Positions 26,838 through 33,754 of a stretch of DNA of 38,099 nt are shown one piece after another. The DNA lies in the NCBI GenBank assembly GCA_964401175.1, contig CAYNXN010000001.1, positions 1 to 38,099 of the forward strand. The letters are read 5' to 3'. The translations under genes and the position numbers were made by a program. Within the stretch, counting starts at the first letter, position 1. Every line of letters starts with the position of its first letter. This DNA comes from an uncultured Dehalococcoidales bacterium (GTDB taxonomy: Bacteria; Chloroflexota; Dehalococcoidia; GIF9; AB-539-J10). The notes under the pieces were generated by a model. That model worked only from the letters and a program-made list of their open reading frames with translations, did not search any database and had not been told where the DNA came from.

Positions 26838-28365
26838 CGCCTTCTCCAGACTGGTGGACAGGTTGAATGGTTATGGTCACAAACATCCCGCCACCGATTC
26901 CGATCTTTTTCTGCTGTCGCTCGATATGCTGTCTGACCGCATCAGGCAGTTCGAGATTCAAGTCAGACAGATGCCTGACCATCTTAACCTGATACTCCTG
27001 TGGTGCGGTCGCCTCCTCCGCCAGCGCTGCCGCAGCCAACGAGACCCCGCGCATATAGTTATAACCGGTGTAGACCTCGCATGCTTCCAGGGCGCTCACC
27101 ACGGTGCCGTCTTTCACGCACAACTCATTGAAGCCCGCCGGTCCAACCAGCTTCTTGCCGGCCTCACGCTCGACCAGGTGGACCTCAACCCGGTTGTCCT
27201 TGAAAGCGATGAAATCGCAGGGAGCCATCTCATCCTTGTGTTTGCGGGCGCTGCCTTCAATAGCTCTGGCGATCTTCAACCCGCGTTCTGTCCTGGGCGC
27301 GGAGATGGGTGCAAGCGCCTCAGCGATGTCACGGTCGGAGAGGTCGACGATTGAGAACTGCGGAAAGACCAGCTTTCGGATGTCGTCAGCGCCATGGAGA
27401 ATCATAGCCAGACGTTCCATACCCATGCCCGCGTTGAACACAGGATAGCGGATGTCGAAGTTCGCCAGCGCGACAGGCGAGTACATGCCGATATCAGCCA
27501 CTTCAAGCCACTGGCCGCGGTACTTAACGAAGACCTCTTCCTCCAGCCCGGGCGTGTAGTACTTCGAGGTAGCAGTCTTCGTCTCGAAGCGCGTGTCCTC
27601 GAAGCCATAGTCCCGCAGGACATCGGATGTGATGGCGCGACCCGCCTCCAGCGACATCTCCGGGTCCATAATCACGATCGAGGCGGAGTGATGCACCCGG
27701 AGGTGGTGGGCGTCCTCACGCTGTTCGTTGCGATACCGCGGTCCAACCGCAAACAACGCGACGGGAAGCGTCGCCTTGTCCTGCAGCGCAGCGAGCGTGT
27801 GGAACCAGGTGGCAGTCATGTGGCTACGCAGCGTCTTGTCCGTGGAGATGGGCTTCAGATTGTACAACTCAGGAAACACGCGGTGAACGATCTCCGTAGC
27901 CTGCGTGTCCTCCAGGCCGAGACGCTTCATCAGTACCTCGATGAGGTCGTCAGCCTCGATGTCGCCGCGTTTGTAGGAGCGCAGGATGCCCCCAAGCTCA
28001 TCTACGTTAACCGCATGTCCGACTATCTTCTCGATCTGTGCGATGCGTTGTGCGCTGACTCCGATCTCCGGCCTCGGCAACTGCGCCAGGTAGAAGGCGC
28101 GGTCCAGAATGACAAGGGCCTCGGGGCCGTACTGACGGGTGACGTCGGCATCAGGCAGTATCGTCAGATTCTCCGCTTCATCGAAACCGCGAGCCAGCAG
28201 TATCTCGCGAGACCGCTGCATCAGGTCCCGCAACGGATGTGGGCGCCCCTTGGATGGCAGCCGAATCGTCGTGTTGCGCGGGACCATGTCAGCGGTCGCC
28301 AGCCAGGTCGCGACGAAGTCCGCCTTCGAGTTCTTGCGGATAGATGAGATGTCAAATACTGCCAT
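26821..28365 (-). CDS. sepS: O-phosphoseryl-tRNA(Cys) synthetase (SepRS)
   Basis: 514 aa, collinear with methanogen SepRS as I remember it. HPLRDLMQRSREILLARGFDE, QYGPEALVILDRAFYLAQLPRPEIGVS, TLRSHMTATWF, LFAVGPRYRNEQ, HHSAS, SKYYTPGLE, WLEVADIGMYSPVAL, GMGMERLAMIL, and C-terminal VRHLSDLNLELPD. Confidence 0.9.
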   Translation of the reverse strand: MAVFDISSIRKNSKADFVATWLATADMVPRNTTIRLPSKGRPHPLRDLMQRSREILLARGFDEAENLTILPDADVTRQYGPEALVILDRAFYLAQLPRPEIGVSAQRIAQIEKIVGHAVNVDELGGILRSYKRGDIEADDLIEVLMKRLGLEDTQATEIVHRVFPELYNLKPISTDKTLRSHMTATWFHTLAALQDKATLPVALFAVGPRYRNEQREDAHHLRVHHSASIVIMDPEMSLEAGRAITSDVLRDYGFEDTRFETKTATSKYYTPGLEEEVFVKYRGQWLEVADIGMYSPVALANFDIRYPVFNAGMGMERLAMILHGADDIRKLVFPQFSIVDLSDRDIAEALAPISAPRTERGLKIARAIEGSARKHKDEMAPCDFIAFKDNRVEVHLVEREAGKKLVGPAGFNELCVKDGTVVSALEACEVYTGYNYMRGVSLAAAALAEEATAPQEYQVKMVRHLSDLNLELPDAVRQHIERQQKKIGIGGGMFVTITIQPVHQSGEGDGTAG

Positions 28366-28885
28366 TGATGCGTGCTCCCTCTAGTGCGCAGCATTGTAAC
28401 AGATACTCACGAACAAGAAGGAGGGCGGCATGAACTGCCGCATCCTTGTTCGCGTTCCGTGAACCATTGAAGACATGCCGAAAGGCGCGGACGTCACCCG
28501 GAGTGGCGAGACCGAGATAGAATAGTCCAACCGGCTTGGCCGCGCTGCCCCCACCAGGACCCGCGATTCCAGTGTCTGCGATGCAGATGGTAGCAGTGAG
28601 TGCCTTCCTTCCTCCAGCCGCCATTTCGCACGCCACCTCGTGGCTCACCGCTCCATGGCGCCTGAGGGTCGATCGCCTCACATTGAGGAGATGGTTCTTC
28701 GCCTCATTGCTGTATGCCACGACGCCACCAAGGAAATAGGCGGAGGCGCCTGCCACGTCTGTGAGACGGTCGGCAATCCGCCCGGCTGTGGCCGACTCGG
28801 CGGTCGCGATGGTGACAAACCCGTGACCGCTTTCTTGCAGTCGCGACTGCAGTTCGGCGATCTCGGCGGGCAGGTTCTCATCCAT
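28352..28885 (-). CDS. pncC: CinA C-terminal domain protein / NMN amidohydrolase (PncC-like)
   Basis: TIATAESATAGRIADRLTDVAGASAYFLGGVVAYSNEAK, HGAVSHEVACEMA and ADTGIAGPGGGSAAKPVG match PncC/YgaD. The track ORF starts at 28927, but alignment to PncC favours ATG 28885 (MDENLPAEI...). The stop overlaps the sepS start by 14 nt. Confidence 0.8.
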   Translation of the reverse strand: MDENLPAEIAELQSRLQESGHGFVTIATAESATAGRIADRLTDVAGASAYFLGGVVAYSNEAKNHLLNVRRSTLRRHGAVSHEVACEMAAGGRKALTATICIADTGIAGPGGGSAAKPVGLFYLGLATPGDVRAFRHVFNGSRNANKDAAVHAALLLVREYLLQCCALEGARINGSI

Positions 28886-29051
28886 GAATGTGTCCACGAG
28901 CCGGCACTGACCCATTGTAGCCCGCATTACCAGGAAACGTAAGTGCGCGGAACGGAGGAATCACTTCGTCCCGGACTTAGACAACCGGTGTGGACTACGG
29001 AAACCGAGCGGGGCATACTGCGCTGCATGGAGAGGGACAAAGAAATAGGAA

Positions 29052-29173
29052 CCCCCTGGCAACGGCATATTTTCCCGGAGAGTTGCCCCTCGAGTATCGT
29101 CTGCGCTGGAGCGTTTCACTTCCGTGTTCGGGATGGGAACGGGTGGGTCCGCTCCGCTCCAGTCACCAAAGGG
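29052..29173 (-). rRNA. rrf: 5S ribosomal RNA, not linked to 23S/16S
   Basis: Minus strand reads CCCUUUGGUGACUGGAGCGGAGCGGACCCACCCGUUCCCAUCCCGAACACGGAAGUGAAACGCUCCAGCGCAGACGAUACUCGAGGGGCAACUCUCCGGGAAAAUAUGCCGUUGCCAGGGGG. It has a 12-bp closing helix I (CCCUUUGGUGAC/GUUGCCAGGGGG), helix II GGAGCG/CGCUCC, the universal CCGAACACGGAAGUGAAAC loop-C region, and helix IV CGAGGGG/CUCUCCG. Ends are +/- a few nt. Confidence 0.85.
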
Positions 29174-29188
29174 TTCCTACTGCGGCGT

Positions 29189-29217
29189 AGTATACACCAT
29201 GCTTGAGGACCGCACAA
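29189..29217 (-). promoter_or_regulatory. putative promoter of the 5S rRNA gene
   Basis: Minus strand: TTGTGC (29217-29212), 17-nt spacer, TATACT (29194-29189). The mature 5S 5' end is about 15 nt downstream. Confidence 0.4.
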
Positions 29218-29988
29218 GTGGAAGCAGCAACAGTGGAAGAACCGACACCCAGTGAATGCCGGTCCGGTTATTTCGTCGGCTGCAGTGGCTGGCACTATCC
29301 TGATTGGCGAGGCATCTTCTATCCTCCGGGCATGCCGGCCTCTCGATGGCTCTCGTACTACAGTCAGACGTTCAACACGGTCGAGATTAACACCAGCTTC
29401 TACAGTCTGCCAAAGGCCTCCACTGTCGACACCTGGCGAAACTCCGTGAGCGGAGCATTCCTCTTCGCAGTGAAAGGCAGTCGATTCATCACGCACGTCA
29501 AGCGGCTCGCCGTCGACGGCGCGACGATTGAGAAGTTTACGACGCAGGTATCAGGCCTTAACGACAGACTCGGGCCGGTGCTCTGGCAATTGCCGCCGTC
29601 ACTGCATCGCGATGCAGCGCGCCTGGAATCGTTTCTCTCGCGACTCCCTGCACAGGTGCGACATGTTGTGGAGTTCCGGCACGAGTCATGGTGGTATGAG
29701 GAAACGTATGACCTGCTGCGCGCACACCGTGCCGCGATCTGCCTCATCGACAGTCCCGTGTTCCGGTCGCCGCTGGTGAGGACCACGGATCTCGTCTACA
29801 TCAGATTTCACGGCGCCAGCCAGATGTACAGCGGACCGTATCCGGCTACAAGGCTGCGGCAGTGGGCCACCAACCTCCGCGGCATCGCTGATGCGGGAAC
29901 CAGTCTCTTTGCTTACTTCAACAACGACGTCGGCGGCCACGCCATCAACGACGCTCTCCAGTTTCGAGAGCTGCTAGCCGCTCCTTAA
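29203..29988 (+). CDS. DUF72 (UPF0759, YecE-like) family protein
   Basis: YFVGCSGWHYPDWRGIFYP, FNTVEINTSFYSLP, FAVKGSRFITH, VLWQLPPS, VEFRHESWW, YIRFHG. The start is uncertain: TTG 29203, GTG 29218 or GTG 29233. The family usually starts a few residues before GxxGW. Confidence 0.8.
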   Translation: MRTAQVEAATVEEPTPSECRSGYFVGCSGWHYPDWRGIFYPPGMPASRWLSYYSQTFNTVEINTSFYSLPKASTVDTWRNSVSGAFLFAVKGSRFITHVKRLAVDGATIEKFTTQVSGLNDRLGPVLWQLPPSLHRDAARLESFLSRLPAQVRHVVEFRHESWWYEETYDLLRAHRAAICLIDSPVFRSPLVRTTDLVYIRFHGASQMYSGPYPATRLRQWATNLRGIADAGTSLFAYFNNDVGGHAINDALQFRELLAAP

Positions 29989-31798
29989 GCGCACGCGCCA
30001 CCGGGAGTGGGATTCGTCCTGTCTCGGAGATATGGCTGGCAGTCGCCGCCCTCAGCGCCTCCAGCGTGCCGAAGGCAAACAGCAGGGTACGCCTGCGTCG
30101 CGGACCGATGCCGAGAACCGATTCCAGCACTGAGGCCAGCCCGGCCGTGGTCCGCAACTGCCGATGGTAGGATACCGCGTAACGATGCGCCTCATCTCGC
30201 ACCGCCTGCAGGAGCAGTAGTCCCTGACACCCTGAGGCAAGACTTGCCGGCGTACGTGAACCTTCCACATAGACCAGCTCGAACTCCTTCGCCAGGCTGA
30301 CCATCGGAATCTCCAGCGTGCCAGACTCGGCGCGGGCGGCGAGCGCCGCAGCGAGTTGTCCGCGTCCGCCGTCGATCAGTATCAGCGACGGAACAGCGCT
30401 CCAGCGACGGCCCGTCCCTTGATTGTTACCTGCCAGCCGGGTCAGCCTGCGGCGAAGCACCTCGTGCAGCATCGCATAGTCGTCCTGTCCCGTGACGCCG
30501 CGAATTCTGAAGCGGCGATATTCAGAGGGGCGTGGAATCCCGTCCTCAAAGACCACCATACTGCCCACCGGCATAGCCCCCTGGATGGTGGAGATATCGA
30601 AGCCTTCGATGCGACGTGGCACGGATGGCAGAGCAAGAACCTGCTTGAGCTCCGCCAGCGCATCCTCTCTCGAGCCGTGCCCTCCACTCGTGAAACGCGT
30701 CGCGGCGAGCTGCCTGGCGACACCGTCGGCGAGGTTGTTAACAAGTTGTCTCTTCACACCGGAACGTGGCGACAGCAGCGTGACCGGCCTTCCGCGACGC
30801 CCCGACAACCAGGTTGCGATCAGCCTCGCATCAGAGACCGGATGCTGCAACATGACCAGCGGCGGGGTGCTGGCGGCGGTCGAATAGAAGTCAAGTACAA
30901 AGCTGCGCAGCACTTCTTGAGGCGCGAGCTCCGCGGCATTTGTCAGGGGAAACACCTGGCGCTCCCGTACTCTGCCCTCCCTCACCGAAAGTACGCCGAC
31001 GAGCGCGGAGGCGCCGTCCTGGGCCAGCGCCAGGATATCCTGATCGCCTCGGAGCGCAGTCACTGCAGCATACTGCTCCGTCACCAGCTCGACGGCCCTG
31101 ATTCTATCCCGCACTACTGCGGCGCGTTCGAAATCGAGGGCGGCAGCGGCCTGCTTCATCTCCTGGGTCAGCGAATCAAGCACATCTTTGTGACGCCCCT
31201 GCAGAAACATGATGATGCGGTCAATAGTCTGGCGGTATTCCTCCCGGGTCACGGCGCCAACGCAGGGGCCGGGACACAGCCCCATGTCCTTGTTGAGACA
31301 GGCACGCTTGCGGTCAAGCGGCAACGGGCCGGTGCATTCGCGGAAGCGAAACATCTTGCGTATCGTTCGCAGTGTCTGCCGCATCGAGCGGGCGCTGGCG
31401 TATGGTCCAAAGTACTCCGCTCCATCGTCAAGCCTTCTGCGGGTTACCGCGATCCAGGGCCAATCCTGCGCCAGATCGATCTTCAGATAGGGGAAGCTCT
31501 TATCGTCTTTCAGCCGCGCGTTGTACTGCGGTCTGTACCTTCGAATCAGATCCGCTTCCAGCACCAGCGCTTCCTGCTCGTTGCCGGCAAGCACGTACTC
31601 CACATCGGCCACCTGCTCAATCAGGCGGAGAACTTTAGTACTCAGGCCTGACTTGGAGCCGAAATAGCTTCGTACCCGGCTGCGGAGGTTGGCCGCCTTG
31701 CCCACGTAGATGACGCAGCCAGTTACATCCCGGAACAGATACACACCCGGTGAACCAGGCGCAAGGTCGACCTTCTGCCGTACGTATTCAGCTACCAT
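29945..31798 (-). CDS. uvrC: excinuclease ABC subunit C
   Basis: The track ORF (810 aa, to 32377) is extended by read-through antisense to xerD. The real start is ATG 31798 (MVAEYVRQKVDLAPGSPGVYLFRD...VIYVGKAANLRSRVRSYF), giving the GIY-YIG domain, UVR domain, endonuclease V-like domain and C-terminal (HhH)2. 617 aa. Confidence 0.92.
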   Translation of the reverse strand: MVAEYVRQKVDLAPGSPGVYLFRDVTGCVIYVGKAANLRSRVRSYFGSKSGLSTKVLRLIEQVADVEYVLAGNEQEALVLEADLIRRYRPQYNARLKDDKSFPYLKIDLAQDWPWIAVTRRRLDDGAEYFGPYASARSMRQTLRTIRKMFRFRECTGPLPLDRKRACLNKDMGLCPGPCVGAVTREEYRQTIDRIIMFLQGRHKDVLDSLTQEMKQAAAALDFERAAVVRDRIRAVELVTEQYAAVTALRGDQDILALAQDGASALVGVLSVREGRVRERQVFPLTNAAELAPQEVLRSFVLDFYSTAASTPPLVMLQHPVSDARLIATWLSGRRGRPVTLLSPRSGVKRQLVNNLADGVARQLAATRFTSGGHGSREDALAELKQVLALPSVPRRIEGFDISTIQGAMPVGSMVVFEDGIPRPSEYRRFRIRGVTGQDDYAMLHEVLRRRLTRLAGNNQGTGRRWSAVPSLILIDGGRGQLAAALAARAESGTLEIPMVSLAKEFELVYVEGSRTPASLASGCQGLLLLQAVRDEAHRYAVSYHRQLRTTAGLASVLESVLGIGPRRRRTLLFAFGTLEALRAATASHISETGRIPLPVARALKERLAALETGERR

Positions 31799-31806
31799 GT
31801 AGTTCG

Positions 31807-31815
31807 ATTCTAACA
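31807..31815 (-). promoter_or_regulatory. putative extended -10 element for uvrC (leaderless-type spacing)
   Basis: Minus strand reads TGTTAGAAT, then 8 nt (CGAACTAC), then the uvrC ATG. No SD. Confidence 0.4.
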
Positions 31816-31849
31816 AGGTCCCTCCATGGCAGCAAAAGCAGATGCCCTG

Positions 31850-31858
31850 TGCTACAAT
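31850..31858 (+). promoter_or_regulatory. putative extended -10 element for xerD (leaderless-type spacing)
   Basis: TGCTACAAT, then 9 nt (GAGAACCCC), then ATG 31868. No SD. Confidence 0.4.
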
Positions 31859-31867
31859 GAGAACCCC

Positions 31868-32722
31868 ATGAAGCAGGAGATTGCTGCTTTCCTCGAACAC
31901 ATCGTTCAATCGCGTGGCGCGTCCCAGAATACGGTGTCGGCGTACCACAACGATCTGACGCAACTGGCCGAGTTCCTCGAGTTGGAACAGGCAAAGGGGA
32001 TACTCTCCTCGCGTGAGGAACTGCTGCTCGCCTACCTGGTGCACCTCAAGGGGAAGGGTTACTCGCCGGCAACTTCTGCACGGAAGGTCGCTTCGGCACG
32101 GTCGTTCTTCAAGTACCTGGTCGACAGCGGCAAGCTCAAGGAGAACCCGATTCGTAACTTGATGAGCCCGCCCGTCAACAAGAAGGCGCCGCGGGTGCTC
32201 AGTCCGAGTGAGTATGCCAGCCTGTTGGCGGTGCCACAAGCGTTGTCCACGCCCGAGGCGCGCCGGGATGTGGTCATGCTGGAGTTGCTCTACGCCACCG
32301 GGCTGCGTGCCAGCGAGGTCGTGTCCATCCAGATGAACGACGTCGATCTCGAGCACGCGACCCTGATGTGCCGGCACGGCAAGTCACAGCGGCAGATACA
32401 TCTCTCAGCTGAGATATGCCACCTGGTGCGCGACTACATCGACAACGCCCGGCTTGATCTGCTCTACAACGAGCGAGAGACCGCACTGTTTCTGAATCGG
32501 CGCGGACACCAGCTCACCCGCCAGGGTTTCTGGCAGATTGTGAAAAACTACGCCACAAGAGCGGGCCTTGGCGACCGGGTCACTCCGCACACGCTGCGGC
32601 ACACTTTTGCGGTGCGCAAAGTGCAGAGCGGAGCTGATCTGCGCTCCCTGCAGCAGGCTCTTGGTCACGCGTATATCTCAAGCACACGTGTGTATAAGCA
32701 ACCTCTGTCTACGGTGAAGTGA
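31868..32722 (+). CDS. xerD: XerC/XerD-type tyrosine site-specific recombinase
   Basis: N-terminal SAM-like domain (FLEHIVQSRGASQNTVSAYHNDLTQLAEFL). Catalytic residues in ELLYATGLRASE (R), TPHTLRHTFA (H-x-x-R), LGHAYISSTRVY (H...Y). The track start 31826 would include the putative promoter, so ATG 31868 is preferred. The XerD versus XerC assignment is tentative. Confidence 0.8.
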   Translation: MKQEIAAFLEHIVQSRGASQNTVSAYHNDLTQLAEFLELEQAKGILSSREELLLAYLVHLKGKGYSPATSARKVASARSFFKYLVDSGKLKENPIRNLMSPPVNKKAPRVLSPSEYASLLAVPQALSTPEARRDVVMLELLYATGLRASEVVSIQMNDVDLEHATLMCRHGKSQRQIHLSAEICHLVRDYIDNARLDLLYNERETALFLNRRGHQLTRQGFWQIVKNYATRAGLGDRVTPHTLRHTFAVRKVQSGADLRSLQQALGHAYISSTRVYKQPLSTVK

Positions 32723-32727
32723 ACGAT

Positions 32728-32994
32728 ATGAGAAAGAAGCAACGCCGCAAGCAAACTCCCCGTCGATTCGAGTCAACAGCGTCGGCCACGTCGGGTGCTG
32801 GTGGCGGCGGTGCCGCAGCAGTGAGAATTGAGACTCGCCAGTCCCCTCCGGTTGCGGTGCGGGCCCGCCCCGCTGCATCGTGGAGCGAGTTCAGCAGCCA
32901 GTACGCCCATGTTACGGGCGAGTTGAAACAGATTGGTATCCTTGCCGGGTCGTTTCTGCTTGTGCTCGTGATTCTCGCCGCCGTTCTCAACTAG
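32728..32994 (+). CDS. hypothetical small tail-anchored membrane protein (basic N-terminus, single C-terminal TM helix)
   Basis: MRKKQRRKQTPRRFE...YAHVTGELKQIGILAGSFLLVLVILAAVLN. It fills the xerD-pcm gap exactly, and an alternative GTG 32719 overlaps the xerD stop. No family recognised. Confidence 0.45.
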   Translation: MRKKQRRKQTPRRFESTASATSGAGGGGAAAVRIETRQSPPVAVRARPAASWSEFSSQYAHVTGELKQIGILAGSFLLVLVILAAVLN

Positions 32995-33001
32995 CCCTCG
33001 C

Positions 33002-33655
33002 GTGATTGGATGCCCCGTGAGACTCGAGGAAGCCAAAGCGCGACTATTCAGGCAACTCGCGTGGGAGATTCGAGACCAGCGCGTCGTTGAGGCGATGCGC
33101 CGGGTGCCTCGCGAGCACTTCGTGCCCGAAGCGCAACTCGACTTCGCCTACGATGATCGTCCTCTGAGCATCGGATACGGCCAGACGATCTCGCAACCTT
33201 ACATCGTCGCGTTGATGCTGCAGGCCCTCGAACTGCAGGAGACCGACAAAGTGCTCGAGGTCGGCGCCGGCAGTGGCTACGTTACCGCCATACTCGCCGA
33301 ACTCGCCGAGACGGTGGTTGGCGTGGAGATCGTGCCGGAACTGGCAGACTACGCGGCGGCCACCGTTGCGGAACTCGGCTACACGAATGTCCAGATTCAG
33401 CTTGTGTCCCGATCTGCGCTGGGCTATCTGCCTGGGGCGCCGTATGATGCCATTCTCGTTTCGGCGGGAGCTCCGTCCATTCCACAATTGTTGCTGGGGC
33501 AGTTGAAATGGGGAGGACGGCTTGTCATTCCCGTCGGCTCTCGCTGGCAGCAGGATCTCTTGAAGATCACGCGGCAACCCGAAGGAGACATTGTGGAGAA
33601 CCTGGGCGCCTGCTACTTCGTACCCCTCCTGGGCGATGACGCGTGGAAGAGCTAG
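33002..33655 (+). CDS. pcm: protein-L-isoaspartate O-methyltransferase
   Basis: VPREHFVP, GYGQTISQPYIVALM, VLEVGAGSGYVTAILAEL (SAM motif I), GRLVIPVG. Confidence 0.9.
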   Translation: MIGCPVRLEEAKARLFRQLAWEIRDQRVVEAMRRVPREHFVPEAQLDFAYDDRPLSIGYGQTISQPYIVALMLQALELQETDKVLEVGAGSGYVTAILAELAETVVGVEIVPELADYAAATVAELGYTNVQIQLVSRSALGYLPGAPYDAILVSAGAPSIPQLLLGQLKWGGRLVIPVGSRWQQDLLKITRQPEGDIVENLGACYFVPLLGDDAWKS

Positions 33656-33669
33656 CTGTTGAGGAGAAG

Positions 33670-33743
33670 TGCCCCCAAGGGGATTCGAACCCCTGATCTC
33701 CAGCTTGAAAGGCTGGCGTCCTTGGCCTCTAGACGATGAGGGC
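33670..33743 (-). tRNA. tRNA-Glu (anticodon UUC), no encoded CCA
   Basis: Minus strand: GCCCUCA UC GUCU AGAGGCCAA GGAC G CCAGC CUUUCAA GCUGG AGAUC AGGGG UUCGAAU CCCCU UGGGGGC A. This is a full cloverleaf with a U5-G68 wobble in the acceptor stem. 74 nt. Confidence 0.92.
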
Positions 33744-33754
33744 GCGAAACAGCA

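Noticed and set aside
28928-29051. Search for a tRNA-Cys or other tRNA next to the SepRS operon
   Set aside because: No T-loop (GTTCGAATC-like) or cloverleaf could be built on either strand between the 5S gene and pncC. The only tRNAs in the window are Glu(UUC) and Gly(CCC).
28943-29496. Track ORFs 28943..29206(+), 28990..29190(+) and 29116..29496(-)
   Set aside because: They overlap the 5S rRNA gene and its promoter. The region is explained by the RNA gene.
31799-32377. N-terminal ~190 aa of the 810-aa track ORF 29945..32377
   Set aside because: This part is antisense to xerD and has no UvrC similarity. UvrC homology begins at MVAEYV (ATG 31798), which is preceded by an extended -10 box.
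31868-32722. xerD as the integrase of a mobile element or genomic island
   Set aside because: It has canonical XerC/D-type length and motifs. There are no flanking direct or inverted repeats, no adjacent tRNA attachment site, no cargo-like genes, and the neighbours are housekeeping genes.
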